NCBI RefSeq assembly: GCF_018350175.1
Contig: NC_058373.1
Coordinates: 103,542,001-103,606,000 of the forward strand
Direction: 5' to 3'
From: Felis catus
Taxonomy: Eukaryota
Length of the DNA stretch: 64,000 nucleotides
Each line of letters opens with the position of its first letter. Within the stretch, counting starts at the first letter, position 1. Shown piece by piece: positions 1-12,935 of this stretch. A program made the translations under genes and the position numbers. The notes beneath the pieces were generated by a model, which made no database searches, had not been told where the DNA came from, and saw only the letters and a list, made by a program, of their open reading frames with translations.

Positions 1-379
1 CACTCTGAGTGTGAGAAGCAAGTGTTTAAAATATGTACATTTTTGTACTCCAAAGCTCTGAAATCAAACCAACAACTTCATCTGGTGCCCAACTAAGGAA
101 GTTGTAATTCCTTTTCCACTTCCAGGGGAGAGACGGGCTGGGTTGAGCTTATTCAGATATTAGTGTGTGAGAAACCAACACGGCCCTTCTCAAGAGATTT
201 TTTTTAGGATAGGTTTTTGATTGTATGAGATTTTCTCCTTAGATGCTGAGTTTAGTGCCTAATCCCTATGTCAGATATGATTCCACTGTATTAATTTCAC
301 ATGCCCTGCAAAAAAAGGACATCACTACACTGATTTAAATGGAGTATTCTAAACCATTTTATTGCTTCGACATTATGTT

Positions 380-870
380 AGTATTTAGTAAGTGCCTACC
401 ACATTGAGGGGTTACATGAACAAAACACAAAGTCCCTGCCCCAAGAGAGGTTACAGTCTAGTTGTGGAGAAAGAGATGATAAGCAAATAATGAGTAGAAT
501 ATGTTATATATGAGGTGGTGATAAGTGCCATGGTTTAGGAAGGGAAACAGACCAAGAAAAGCAGACTGAAGAGTGCTCAAGCAGGTATAAGGAAAATGAG
601 AAGACTGTAACCTTCTGGTAGCCAAGTATAAAAATATTTTAAGGAGGAAAGGAAGACCAACGGTATCGGGTGATCCTGCCACCCAGATAACAGGAGGGCC
701 AGGAATTGCCACTGGATTTGACAATGTGAAGGTCATGATGACCTTGACGAAGGCAGTTCTGAAGGGGCAGCAAAGGATGACTTAAGTGGGTTCGAGGAAA
801 ATGAGGGTTGTTGGGGACACTGAGTATAGACAACTCTGTAGGGGAAATTTGTTTTTAAAATATTCTGTTT
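380..870 (-). mobile_element. L2 LINE 3' fragment, highly diverged
   Basis: Typical antisense L2 3' motifs 'gaacaaaacacaaagtccctgcccc..agaggttacagtctag' and 'tggatttgacaatgtgaaggtcatgatgaccttgacgaaggcagtt'. Confidence 0.65.
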
Positions 871-3344
871 AAATTCAAAGCTGGAGCCAACACCATTCAT
901 GAAATGATATGTGAGGCGAGAGGGTAGGTCATCCCCTCCCCTTCTCAAGGGATTGGCTAATTCAGACCCGGGCAGTCTGACTCTGTGTCCTTACTTTCTT
1001 TCTGGTGCCTTCCCTGCTAATACTTTGCCCTTCAGGATCTAGTGGTCTGCACCTTCAAACCCTGCTGGATAGCTATCACTGGCAGAAGTACAAATCAATT
1101 CATTGCCTCATATGTGCCCGCAGGGAGGGCAGGCTTCCCCAGGTTAAGGAACCTTCCCCACGACACCTCAACTCCAGTGCTATCCGCAGCTGCCTGCCGG
1201 GCCTGTAGATAAATCTTGGCCTGCTAAAGCAAGTTTTAAGTGTTTCTAAAAAAAAAAAAAAAAAAGGAAAACCAAAATGAACTCAAATACGAGGAGAGGA
1301 ACAACCTCCAAAGTGTCTTGCCTGAGCGGCCAGGAGGAGGACGCAGGCCTCATCTCTCCTCCTCCAAGGGGCCATAATGCTTTCAGGCCTCAAAGAATGC
1401 CCCAATTTATACAATTCGCTGCTACAGCATTAAGCCTGAATGGCATTTTGTGGTAGATAAAGTCTCTCTCTGTCACACAGCAGAGAGCTGTGTGGCCAGA
1501 TCTTGTTTAGAATTACATTTAAAACCTGGAAATCAAATGATATGTCCAGATAACTTCTGTGGTAAACCCCAAACCAGTTATGCTTCAGGTTAAGCCTCTG
1601 CATTTCTAAACAACATGCGTTTATTCTCTCCAGGCCAATACTCGGACCTTCCTGCCAGCAATATCAAATGGCAAGAGGCTGAATGTACCCTCTGTGTGAG
1701 CTTAAAGGATAAAGAGCCCAAGGAGGCAATGCCTCTCTGCGGAGAAAAATCTCCACCTTTGATACGTCTTCTCAACACACATATCAAATTGGCTCATTCC
1801 CCTCTTGGCTTCTTATTTTCTAATGTCTAAAATTTTAAAAACAAACTAACTAAACAAAACCTAAAAACATCCCATCACTCCCTAAAAATAGAATTCTTCA
1901 CTTTCTAAACATCTTTTCTTTATCCTTCTCATCGGAACAGATCTCTCCTGGTTACTGAATGGTGTCCTCTCACACCATCTTATTTCTCAAGATCTCAGAG
2001 TTCGAGCGCCCGAGGAAAATTGACAGACCTTACCGGTGGCTCTTTGAGGCAAGCAAATAATCCAATCCTGCAACAAAAGATAGCAAAAGGGACAAATTTT
2101 GTTTATATTATTTAATCTTCATTCTATTACCAAGGCCTACAAAGAATGCACCATTTTAAGCAAGCTGGGAGGATATGCCCAAGGTGTTGGTGGGGGCGGG
2201 GGGGGGGGGTCCGTGGTGTGTACACCCCTTATGAATGAACCCCATTATCTCAGGAAATAGTTCTGGCCTTCCCTTCCACCTCCAATAAAGAAATCTATTC
2301 TGCTGGGCACATGTGCACATGGTCACATCAGGCATGAGAAGAAGCCTTGAAGCATCTACGTTGGTTTCCTCTGGGATGTGGGGCCAGCTTCTATTTAAGC
2401 TCAGAGCTTATAAATGAGCTGCTAAGATTTTCTGCTCCACATGCTCCCCCAAAGCCATATCTGATGCAGAAAGGGAAGCATATAGGTTCGGACACTGGGC
2501 ACATTTCAGTTTATTGGGGCAGGAACATACCATCGGTAGAAGCCATTAGTCATCATTTTATGACTTTAGAAGAGCAGGATTTTTTTTTTTTCCTTTGGTT
2601 AAAAAATGTTGCAGGAGATTCTCTTGCTAAAAGAGTCATTTAAATATTACTGGTCACGTCACATTGTAGTTGTTTGGAAATAATTATATCCATATCACAG
2701 ACAGTAAATAATAGATGTGCGTTCACTAACGTTTTATTCATGTTCTGTTTTAATATGGCAAACTTAGAAGTAATTTAATCTCCCAGTAAATTGAAGTGGT
2801 GGGGGGTTCTTCACACAGAAGACTGCAAGTTATTAATTCCGGGCAGTCTTCATCTTGTACAATTAGTCACTGTTTGCAGCTGGAAATGTTTTATTAATTT
2901 TCCATAGCAGTTGATTTTCCACAGTTTTCTCAGTTTAAATTAAGCAGTAAGAGCTGCTGTTTCTTCTTAAATAAATTTTCTTTCTGCAAAAATACATGCC
3001 TCTGGCTATGTCAATTTTCCCATTTGATTAAAGTGCCAGCAGGCAATTAATAACTTAATGCATTTTAAAGTACTTTTGGAAAAAGTAATTTGAATAGCCA
3101 AACTTGTGTATTTGAATTGATTGTTGCAGAAGATTTAATAGGCATTTGAAAATCCTAGAACCTTGGAAAGGACAAATGTGGCCCAGCCACCATGTCCGGA
3201 GGACTGTCTTCATAAAAAGCCCACAGCTGGCACTCACGGGGTGGGGGAGGGTGGTGCAGGTGACTACCACTTTCCAGGAGGCAGATGAAAGAAAGGCAAC
3301 CTCAAAATGTTCTTCATGGGAACGTACAGAAGACTCCAGACTAT

Positions 3345-3709
3345 GATGGGTGGTCTATGTGGAAAGCAATGAAACAACTTTGGATGGACATGGAGGACAC
3401 GAGGCTAAGTGAAAGAAGCCAGGCCCCAAAGGACAAACATTGTGTGATTCCGCTTATATGAGGTAAGTTTAATCAAATGGGTAGAGACAGAAAGTAGACT
3501 AGTGGTTTCCAGGGGCTGGAGGAGGAGGGCATGGGTGTTTAACGGGTACAAGGGTTTCTGTTAAGGGGCGATGAAAAAGTTCTGAAGATAGATAGTGGTG
3601 ATGGTTGCACAACACGAAAGTATACTTAAAACCACCGGATTATACACCCAGAAAGGGTTAGAAGGGTCAATTTTATGTTACATATGGTTTACTACAATTA
3701 AAAAAAAAA
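3345..3709 (+). mobile_element. Old L1 (L1MB-like) ORF2 end and 3'UTR with poly(A)
   Basis: 'ctaagtgaaagaagccag..aaaggacaaacattgtgtgattcc..agagacagaaagtaga..gatgaaaaagttctg..gatggttgcacaac', ending in an A tract. Confidence 0.85.
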
Positions 3710-4280
3710 GTAATGTGGCCTTTTCTGTGTTCAAGATGTAGAAGCCATCTACCACTGGAGGATGTGGTAGGTCCTCCAGTGCAAAACTCCCCATTTCTTT
3801 CCCATTTTCTGGTAGGAGCCAGACTGTTCTGGCAACACAGGAGCCAAAATTCTGGGAAACGGGGTCAAGGGATGGCCAAACAGACTTCCTGCTGCTGGTG
3901 CGGGTGACGTGGGGATGGTCACAGTCAAGAAAGGCAAACCAGAGCTCAGAAGGAAGGTTCAGCCAAGAGTGGTAATTCAACAACAAAAGTCATCCTGGAG
4001 AAAGATGGTGTGTTCCTTTGTTATGACTACCACTCAGGGACCCCAGTAAACAATAGCGAACCATAAAGGTAGATGAAAGTTTCTGCCATCAGAGGGCCGG
4101 TTACAAAGGTGTGTACAGACTTATGGCCCAGGACTGTGTCCAAGGCTGGCTATACTGCATGATCCTCCAGTGTATGTGTTAAAGAACAAAACAAACTCAC
4201 CCCATTAAAAATTATTTGCTCCCCCGCTCCATGCCTCCCAAAAAGTGATGAGGACATTCAGAGCGAGTTGGTTGCTCTTT

Positions 4281-4520
4281 TTATTTTTTTTATTTATTTA
4301 TTTTTTTATTTTTTTTTCAACGTTTATTTATTTTTGGGACAGAGAGAGACAGAGCATGAACGGGGGAGGGGCAGAGAGAGAGGGAGACACAGAATCAGAA
4401 ACAGGCTCCAGGCTCTGAGCCATCAGCCCAGAGCCTGACGCGGGGCTCGAACTCATGGACCGCGAGATCGTGACCTGGCTGAAGTCGGACGCTTAACCGA
4501 CTGCGCCACCCAGGCGCCCC
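4281..4520 (-). mobile_element. Can-SINE (SINEC_Fc), young subfamily
   Basis: Full head GGGGCGCCTGGGTGGCGCAGTCGGTTAAGCG on the - strand, (CT)n region, A-rich tail, CpGs intact. Confidence 0.97.
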
Positions 4521-4600
4521 ATCTTTTTAAAGAAAATATGCATAAAAAAAGGAAAACATGCCATAGTTATCTATAGTTAGAGTTAGGGGCATCTGTGTGA

Positions 4601-5434
4601 CAGTGAAATCTCTAACTGACCTCTGTGTAACTGACTGAGGGTCAGCAGATACTTCGCTGCTACAGCTGTAGAATATATTTTTTTAATTTTTTTTTAAACG
4701 TTTATTTATTTTTGAGACAGAGAGAGACAGAGCATGAATGGGGGAGGGGCAGAGAGAGAGGGAGACACAGAATCTGAAACAGGCTCCAGGCTCTGAGCTG
4801 TCAGCACAGAGCCCGACGCGGGGCTCGAACCCACGGACCGTGAGATCATGACCTGAGCCGAAGTCGGACGCTTAACCAACTGAGCCACCCAGGCGCCCTA
4901 CAGCTGTAGAATATATTGACCATGGCTCTGGAAAAGCCGTGAGCTGAAAGCTCAGGTCCTAAAGCTATACTTGTGCATTCCGCTCCCACTGGCTTGTCGT
5001 CTGCCTCCTGAGAATCAGTTAGAATTGTTCCCAAGCCTGTTTACACCAGGCGATTTTAATTATGTGACTTAATTAAACATTATGTAAGCTGATGAAATGT
5101 GAGCTCACAAAGAAGGAACGGTTGTTTCTATGAAAACCAAGTGGAACACCTTAGCAAAATTCGATGAAGGTGAGCCCTAAAAAAAATACAGCAGACGTAC
5201 TAGGTGAGAACAAAGTCAAGTTTATCGAAATGAAAAAGGGTTGTGAACACAGGTTGCTACACAGGTGTCTTTATGTTTCCACTGCACTTGAAAGAAAGTG
5301 AAACTGGAAACCACGGATGAGGCACTCGGGGTGTGTTCCGGGTCTACATCCCTAGAAATGAAACCAGCAGACGCAGATGCAAACATAAGGCCTCGACTCC
5401 CATCCAACTGCGTCAGATAAAGTAACATTCACTG
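4601..5434 (+). mobile_element. Tigger/pogo-type DNA transposon fossil, internally deleted and interrupted by a SINE
   Basis: Ends CAGTGAA(4601)...TTCACTG(5434) are inverted. About 5113-5340 encodes a broken CENP-B/Tigger HTH N-terminus (TVVSMKTKWNTLAKFDEGEP*KK...KKVKLETTDEAL). Confidence 0.7.
4680..4898 (-). mobile_element. Can-SINE (SINEC_Fc) nested in the Tigger fossil
   Basis: Full SINE body; perfect TSD TACAGCTGTAGAATATATT at 4661-4679 and 4899-4917. Confidence 0.97.
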
Positions 5435-5974
5435 CTTGCAAGCATCCAGAGCAGGAGCTAACGGCTTGGTAGGAGCTGCTTAGCCGCTGTGTTGACAAGT
5501 ATTCTGAAATTACCTCTGGACTCAGGAAGCAGGAGTATAAAGAATCAACAATGTTTTCCAAGGGCATGAAAGGGAAACAGAAAGAAAAAGGTGCCACATG
5601 TTCACCATGACTGATCTAGAGAAAGATAGATAAACGTAAATTAAAAACCAAACGTTCTAACTGCTAGTTATTTTTTTTTAACTCTTTGTCAGAATCAAGC
5701 CCAAGTATACTTTTTTCCTTATAAAATTCGTCCTCCAAAGAACCCTTCTTCTAGCCCTAGAACCACCAACTCATGATCCAGATGAGATACCTTTGCCTTC
5801 TAGAGGAGTAAACTGGGTCCCACCCATCCTGCTGACCTGTCCCAGGACTCTCCGCTGGAGAATAATACCCTATTCACTAATCTTCTTTCTAAAGAAATAT
5901 CAACGACATTGACAATTGTGTTGGATTTCTTTTGAAAAGCCCATTCTTAGGGGCTAGCCAACTTACTACTTTAA

Positions 5975-6174
5975 CATTTATTTATTTTTGAGACAGAGAG
6001 AGACAGAGCATGAATGGGGGGAGGGTCAGAGAGAGGGAGACACAGAATCTGAAACAGGCTCCAGGCTCTGAGCTGTCAGCACAGAGCCCGACGCGGGGCT
6101 CGAACTCACAGACCGCGAGATCATGACCTGAGCCGAAGTCGGCCGCTTAACCGATTGAGCCACCCAGGCACCCC
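5975..6174 (-). mobile_element. Can-SINE (SINEC_Fc)
   Basis: Full body; TSD CAACTTACTACTTTAA at 5959-5974 and 6176-6191. Confidence 0.97.
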
Positions 6175-6899
6175 TCAACTTACTACTTTAATCATCCATC
6201 TGCTTGAAGAAAATGTAACCTTCTTTTAAGGAATGTTCTGAAGAATGGCACCTGGTGTCTGGGAGACGGTGTTGGATTGTTTTCCTAACACGAGCTGGCA
6301 TGTTCCTGACAGACATTGAGTCACCTGCCTGGTCTCAAAAGAGAAAGGAATGGTGGTTCATGTTGTGCATATCAGTTTTTCACACATCTGAAAGTGTGAT
6401 ATGTGCCAGCTGAGGGCTTTGGTTCACTTAGTGCAAGAAGAAATGGCACCTGAGTTGCATTGATTTAAAGAAAAAAAAAAGAATCAAAGTACTAGGATTA
6501 ATGCCAGCACCTTCTGTTGCTAAGCATCAGAAGATATTAGAATGGGCTCCTCTTTTGGAGAACTGATGATAGGGAGAAGGAGAATTTAAAACTGGCAAAT
6601 CATTTGCCCCTTCAGAAAAAAAATCTATATTTAGGTGGTCTCTTTTCATTTTTAAATTTCTTCAGCTGTCAAATTCAATTGTATTTGTTGTTGTTGTTTC
6701 ACAGGTTTTTGTGCAAAGGAGGGCTATTAGATATATGTCAGTGTACCAACAAGTTTCTAAGTTCTAGGCCTCTGAGAAAATCTGTCCTAGCTTTCCCCAC
6801 CTAAAAAAAGAAAAAGGAAAAGAAAACTTGTATAACTCGATAATGGAAATCTAATGAGCTATTAAAAGCAGATGTATCTCTCAAGAGTAGTTTGTGGCT

Positions 6900-7190
6900 G
6901 CTAAGCACTCTCTAACTTGATGCTCTACTGTCATTTATATGCCATCTCATGTTTCAACATGGCTGCTCATGTTCCAGCCATCATGCCCACCTTCCAAGCA
7001 GAAAGAAGAATCAAAGAAGAGTATACCCCCTCCCTCTGAGGCCACTTCCCCCTAATTACACATAACATTTCTTTCTATATGTCATTGGCTATATTTCAAT
7101 CACTGGCCACATCCAGCTGCAAGGAAATTGAGGAGCATATTCTTTTGACTAGATGGCAATGTGTGTAACTAAAAATGAGAGTTTTCTATT
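6900..7190 (-). mobile_element. MaLR LTR (MLT1-like) fragment
   Basis: 'aacatggctgct..gttccagccatcatg..tcattggct..ggccacatccagctgcaaggaa' motifs typical of antisense MLT1 LTRs. Confidence 0.6.
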
Positions 7191-7239
7191 ACTAACGAAA
7201 AGGATAGAACAACCACTAAAAAAAAAAAAAGAAAAAAGA

Positions 7240-9690
7240 AGTATAACTGATATTTTAAGAAAGGAGAAAAATGGAATTATATAAAATACTCAAGTAAAAC
7301 AAGAAAAGGAAAAAGAGTGAAACAAAAATAGTAACAACAAATAAAAACAAAGGAGATAGAAAACAGTAATGACTATAACAGACATTAATCCAACTATATC
7401 AATAACAACTTTGAATGTCAAAGTTCTAAATATACCAATTAGGGGTGCCTAGGTGGCTCAGTCGGTTAAGCCTCTGACTCTTGGTTTTAGCTCAAGTCAT
7501 TATCTCACGGCTCGTGAGTTTGAGCCCCATGTTGGGCTCTGGGCTGACAATGCGGAGCTTGCTTGGGATTCCCTCTCCCTCTCTCTGCCCCTCCCCTGCT
7601 CACTCTGTCTCTGTCTCTCTCAAAATAAATAAAGAAACTTTAAAAATAAATAAATAAACAAACAAACCAATTAAAAGACAGAGATTATCAGAGTGGATCA
7701 AAAAACATGATCCAACTATATGTCATCTACAAGAAACACACTTTAAATATAAAGATGCATATAGATTAAAAACAATATCATTCACATTAGCATCCCTCAA
7801 AATGAAATACTTAGGTGGAAATTGAACAAAATATGTAGAAAGTTTATAGGAAGAAAACTACAAAACTTTGATGAGCAAAATCAAAGAACTAAATAAATGG
7901 AGAGCTATTCCATATTCAAATAAGACTCAATATTGTTAAAATATTAGTTATTACCCAACTTGATTTATAGATTCAATGAGATCCCAATCAAAATCCCAGC
8001 AAGTTATTTTATGGGTATTGACAAACTAATGCTAAAGTTTATACAAAGAGGTAAAAGACCCAGAATAGTCAACATAATATTGAGAGAAGAACAAAGTTGG
8101 AGGACTAATGTTACCTAACTTGAAGATTTCCCATAAAGCTACTGTATGCCTTCTTCTTACGCTGTAATAAAGACAATGAAACAGATCAAGGAAACAAGAT
8201 ACAGTCTAGAAAGAGACCCACATAAATGCAGTCAACAGGTCTTTGACAAAGTAGCAAAAGCAATACAATGGAGCAAGGACAGTCTCTTCAATAAATGGTG
8301 CTGGGACAAATGGACATCCACATGTAAAAAAATGAATCTAGACACAGAACTTCTACCCTTCAAAAACTTAACTAAAAATGGATCACTAACCTAAATGTAA
8401 AATATAAAACTATAAAACGTCTAGAAGATAATATAGGAGAAAACACGGATGACCTTGGGTATGATCATGCTTTTTTAGCTATAGTGGTAAAGTCACAGTC
8501 CGTGAAAGAAATAATTAAAAAGCTGGACACTTCTTGAAGGTAAAACTCTTGCTTTTTGACAGACAGTATCAAGAAGGTGAGAAGACAAACCTCAGACAGA
8601 GACAATGTTTGCAAAAGACTCATCTGATGAAAGGACCATTATTCAAAATATACAAAGAGCTTTTAAAACTCAACAATAAGAAAATAAAACCACCCAATTT
8701 AAAAACGGACCACAGATCTTAACAGATACCTCACCAAAGAAGATATGTGATGGTAAATAAGCATATAAAAAATGCTCCACATCCTATATCATGAGGGAAA
8801 TGCAAATTAAAACAATAATAACATACCTCTACGCATGTATTAGAATGGCGAAAATCGAGAACAAGATACCCAATGCTGGCGAGGATGTGGATGAACAGAA
8901 ACGTGCAGATACTGTTAGTGGGAATGCAAAATGGCACAGCCACTTTGGAAGATTTTGATGTTTTCTTACAAAACTAAACATACCCTTACCACACAGTCCA
9001 GCAGCCATGTTCCTTGGTATTTACCTGAAGGAGCTGAAAACTTAGGTCCACACAAAAACTGCACACAGATGTTTATAGCAGCTTTACTCATAATTGCTAG
9101 AACTTGGAAGCAACCAAGATGTCTTTTAGTAAGCCCGTGGATAAATAAACCATGGTCCACCCAGACAATGGAATATTACTTAGCATGAAAAAAAATGAGC
9201 TCTCAAGCCATGAAAAAGACATGTAGGAACCTTAAGTGCAGGAACCTTAATCTTAGTGTAAGAAGCCAATCTGAAAAGGCTATGTACTGTATAATTCCAA
9301 CTAGGTAACATCCTGGAAGAGGCAAAACTATGAAGACAATGAAAAGATCAGTGGTTGCCAGGGGTGGACAGAGATGATGGGCAGAGCACAGAGGATGTTT
9401 AGGACAGTGAAAATACTCAGTATGATATTATATTATACTTCTCCAAACTCATAGAAGGTACGATACCCACACTAAACCCAAAAGGCAATCTATGGACTTT
9501 GGGTGATTATGGTGTGCCAATGTGGGTTCATCCTTGGTTAAAAACATCCTATTCTGGTCAGCGATGTTGGGGGAGATGATGCACGTGTGGGGGCAGGAAT
9601 GACAAGGATAATGTCTGTACCTTCCTCTCCATTTTGTGGTAAACTTAAAACTTCTCTAAACAAATTGTTTTAAAACCTTTTTAAAAAAAC
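7240..9690 (+). mobile_element. Old L1 (L1MC-like) with degenerate ORF2, a large internal deletion and 3'UTR
   Basis: Endonuclease start (TLNV..KRQRLSEWIKKHDPTICHLQETH), C-terminal ORF2 (KDSLFNKWCWDKW), L1MC-type 3'UTR 'tatggactttgggtgattat'. Confidence 0.9.
7442..7660 (+). mobile_element. Can-SINE inserted in the L1 endonuclease region
   Basis: Head GGGGTGCCTAGGTGGCTCAG, A-rich tail, TSD remnant ACCAATT on both sides. Confidence 0.93.
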
Positions 9691-11206
9691 AAGAAGAGGG
9701 AGGAAGAGAAAACAAATGTTGGAATTAAATAGCATTCTTGCCCTCAAGGAGCATCATAACCTGTGAAGACAATTTTAGGGAAAGCAACTTTTTTACTTCA
9801 AAATTTCCTTGTTGATACTACGAGAATACATATAAAGGGTGGATGGACTCCTGGAGGGATGTAGTCTGAGTTTCTTTGCCAGAATTTTGTTCATAGAGTA
9901 CTAAATGCTGCCCTCGCCACTATCACATCTCCACCAGATGTGAAACGTTTTGTCTATTTCAAGGAGGTGAGTTTAGAACACTTGGGCAAGTTTTATCTCA
10001 CGGTGATCCAAACTTCCCCTTCTCCTCCCACCCTATCCCCAGAAAATTTCTAGACCAAGAATCAGTCATCTCTTACCTTTCAAAACTAAAAAAAGAAAAG
10101 AAAAGAAGGTAAGACAAATTCTATCTATTTGTTGAAAAGTTTAGAAATAGAGTCATTATAGATAATACGTAGACTTTGGGGGGGTGCCATTTCGTTTTGC
10201 CATCTTTGAGGTTTGTATTTGTTTCTTTCTTTTTTGGGTATTCTCCTCACCTTCATTTCTTCCTTCCCCTTCATTTTTTTTTCTTCCTTAAATCCTCACA
10301 AAATAGATTCAGCAGAGTTGGTGAACAATTCCCAAGAAATCCAAAATCTAGATCTCTAAATATCTGGGGTTTTTGGTTGCTGATACAGCAGAAAGGCCTG
10401 TGCTTTGGGCAGCAAGAGTTATCTGTCTGCTGCAGGTTCTGCCACAGACTTCCCGTCCTGGCCTCTTCCAATGCCTCTGTCCCCATCCCACTGTCAGCCA
10501 AGAGTACTTGGAGGAGAGCCTCCTTTCTGCCTTTCCTAAGAATTTTTTCCTGCTGCTTTGTGCCCCTGCCACATTCCCCGGAGCTCACTTGCATTGATTC
10601 ATGAAAATCACCAACATCTAAGTTTGTTGTTCTTTATTCCACTGCTTGCAAATATTAAGCATGGGGTAACTTCTCCAAAAAGTTAAATGGAAGAGGTGAG
10701 TTAACAGGTTATTGGATGTATAGTGCCCTTTACTTTGGGTTGAGGGAAAGAGCATTCTAAGCAATAATTTTAAATCCTTTTCAATGAGTGCCTCGAAGCA
10801 ATAAAAGGAGTGAAAAAAAGCAAGCTCGGTGGAGAGCATTAGGCAATTATTGAAAATTATTTAAGCTTAAATAACTAAACTAATTTATTCTAGAAAATCT
10901 ATGAAGCACTGGAAAGGATTCTGCATGGTCAGTTTGCTTTCTCATGTAGCAGCTGAAGAGGTAAGCGAAAATGTTGAATTCTCAAAGTCTCAACTCAGTG
11001 AATTAATATAGAGTTGCGGGTGGCATTAAATACCTGAAATGATGATGAGTCATTGCTGCAAACGGACTGGCAAATGGGATTTACGTGATTTTCAGTGACA
11101 CGAAAACTCAACAAAATGAAAACATTGAGTCCCACACCAGCGATGACCTTCTCCACCACTTCTACCATAAAATGAACACTTTTCTAGTATTTATAGAGAA
11201 TTACTA

Positions 11207-11417
11207 GAGCACCGTGGCTAAGAACATGGAATTAGGAGACAGACCACCTGAGTGTGAACTGTAGTTCTGCCACCACAAGCTATATGCCCTTGGGTATGTT
11301 CACAAAGCACTGTGTGCCTCGTTTTCCTCATCTGTAAAATAGGGCAACGTGTGAGTTACTAACGTAGGTGCTTGGAGTAGGGCCTGGCACACAGGAAGTA
11401 CTATGTGTTAGCTATTT
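11207..11417 (+). mobile_element. MIR SINE
   Basis: Core 'ctgtgtgcctcgttttcctcatctgtaaaataggg' and end 'cctggcacacaggaagtact'. Confidence 0.8.
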
Positions 11418-12129
11418 CTATCTGTTACACATGCATTCTTCGGTTGTTGGGTAGCTCTGTCTGTGTCCAAGCTATCTTTGGGGCTGTGAGCTGTGGAGGA
11501 ACTACATCCCTCAGCTTGCACATTGTGGTGGTCCTCACGGGCCACAGTGCTCATATTCCATTGTTCCTCACCATTCTTGGGATGTGGGGGAAATCATGCG
11601 TGTCTGTGCTGAGGGAGGAGGAGCATCTTCTCATCTCACTCCTGCTGCTCAGGATGCTCCTAACTGTGTGAAGGGGGCCAGTGGTCCCCTGTTCCTGCCC
11701 TCAAGACTCTACCGACAAAGATGTATTGAGTACCTTCCATGTGCCAGCCCCTGGTGAGATGCCGGTGATACTAAGATTGACAGGCACCGTCTATTCTGGA
11801 GGCACAGGAAAAGATACTCAACATCACTCATCATTGGGTAAAGACAAATAAATCAAAACCACAATGAGATATCATCTCTCACCTGTCAGAATGGCTATTG
11901 TCAAAAAGACCAAAAATAAATAAATAAATAACAAGTGTTGATGAGGATATGGAGAAAAGAGGGAACCCTTATGCACAGTTGGTGAGAATGTAAATTGGTG
12001 CAGCCACTATGGGAAACAGTATGGAGTTCTCTCAAAAAATTAAAAATAGAGCTACTAAATGATCTAACAATTCCACTCCTAGGCATTTATCTGAAGAAAA
12101 CGGAAACACTAATTCAAAAAGATATATGT

Positions 12130-12305
12130 GGGGTGCCTGGGTGGCTCAGTTGGTTGAGCACCCTTCCAACTCTAGATTTCAGCTCAGGTCATGATCCCAG
12201 GGTCGTGGGACTGAGCCCCGTGTCAGGCTTCATGCTGAGTGTGGAGCCTGATTAAGATTTTCTCTCTCCCCATATGCCCCTCTCCTCTGCTCAGACCCTC
12301 TCTAT

Positions 12306-12307
<2 letters not shown>
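12130..12307 (+). mobile_element. Can-SINE with eroded tail
   Basis: Head GGGGTGCCTGGGTGGCTCAG and 'ctcaggtcatgatc' body. Confidence 0.9.

Positions 12308-12353
<46 letters not shown>
12308..12353 (+). repeat. (CA)n microsatellite, about 22 units
   Basis: Uninterrupted AC run. Confidence 0.98.
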
Positions 12354-12355
<2 letters not shown>

Positions 12356-12749
12356 GAATACTACTCAGCCCTAAAAAAGAATGAAACTTATTTGTGACCA
12401 CATAGATGGATCTTGAGGACATTATGCCAAGCGAAATACATCAAAGACAAATGCCATATGATTTCACCTATATATGGAATCTAAAAAACAAAACAAATGA
12501 ACAAACAAAACTAAATTAAATTCACTGATACAGAGAACAGATTGGTAGTTATCAGATGGAAGGGAGGTTGGGAGATGGGTGACATAGGAGAAGGGAGCTA
12601 TAAGTACAAAGTTCCAGTTATAAAGTAAGTGATTCTCAGGGATGTAATTAATGTACAGTACGGAGACTACAGTTAATAATATCATATTTCATATTTAAAA
12701 GTTGTTAAGAGATTAAATCATAAAAATTCTTACCACAAGAAAAAAATGT

Positions 12750-12935
12750 GGCTTCGGCTTACGTCATGATCTCACAGATCGTGGGTTCGAGCCCCACATC
12801 GGGTTCTGCACTGACAGCTCAGAGCTGGGGGCCTGTTTTGGATTCTGTGTCTCCCTCTCCGCCCCTCCCCTGCTTGTGATCTCTGTCTCAAAACTAAATA
12901 AATAAATTTATAAATTTATAAATAAATAAATAAAT
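12750..12935 (+). mobile_element. 5'-truncated Can-SINE
   Basis: Begins at 'cttcggcttacgtcatgatctc'; body and AAAT tail present. Confidence 0.88.

Larger units (their letters stand above)
11810..12745 (+). mobile_element. L1 (L1MA-like) ORF2 3' end and 3'UTR, interrupted by a SINE
   Basis: 'atcaaaaccacaatgagatatcatctc.cacctgtcagaatggct', 'gtaaattggtgcagccactatgg', followed by 3'UTR. Confidence 0.9.

Noticed and set aside
4706..4888. Recurring ORFs of the type [16 protein letters not shown]... and ...[12 protein letters not shown]... (also at 13084, 14072, 24126, 24616, 55006, 56021)
   Set aside because: They are translations of Can-SINE copies, not a gene family.
9224..9250. Small duplication AGGAACCTTAA in the L1 (similar: CTTGTTGGGAT at 14620-14645)
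   Set aside because: Ordinary short local duplications in neutral repeat DNA.
10176..10604. Cluster of overlapping ORFs up to 142 aa
   Set aside because: Non-ATG start, low-complexity Phe-rich product, no recognisable domain or clear exon boundaries.
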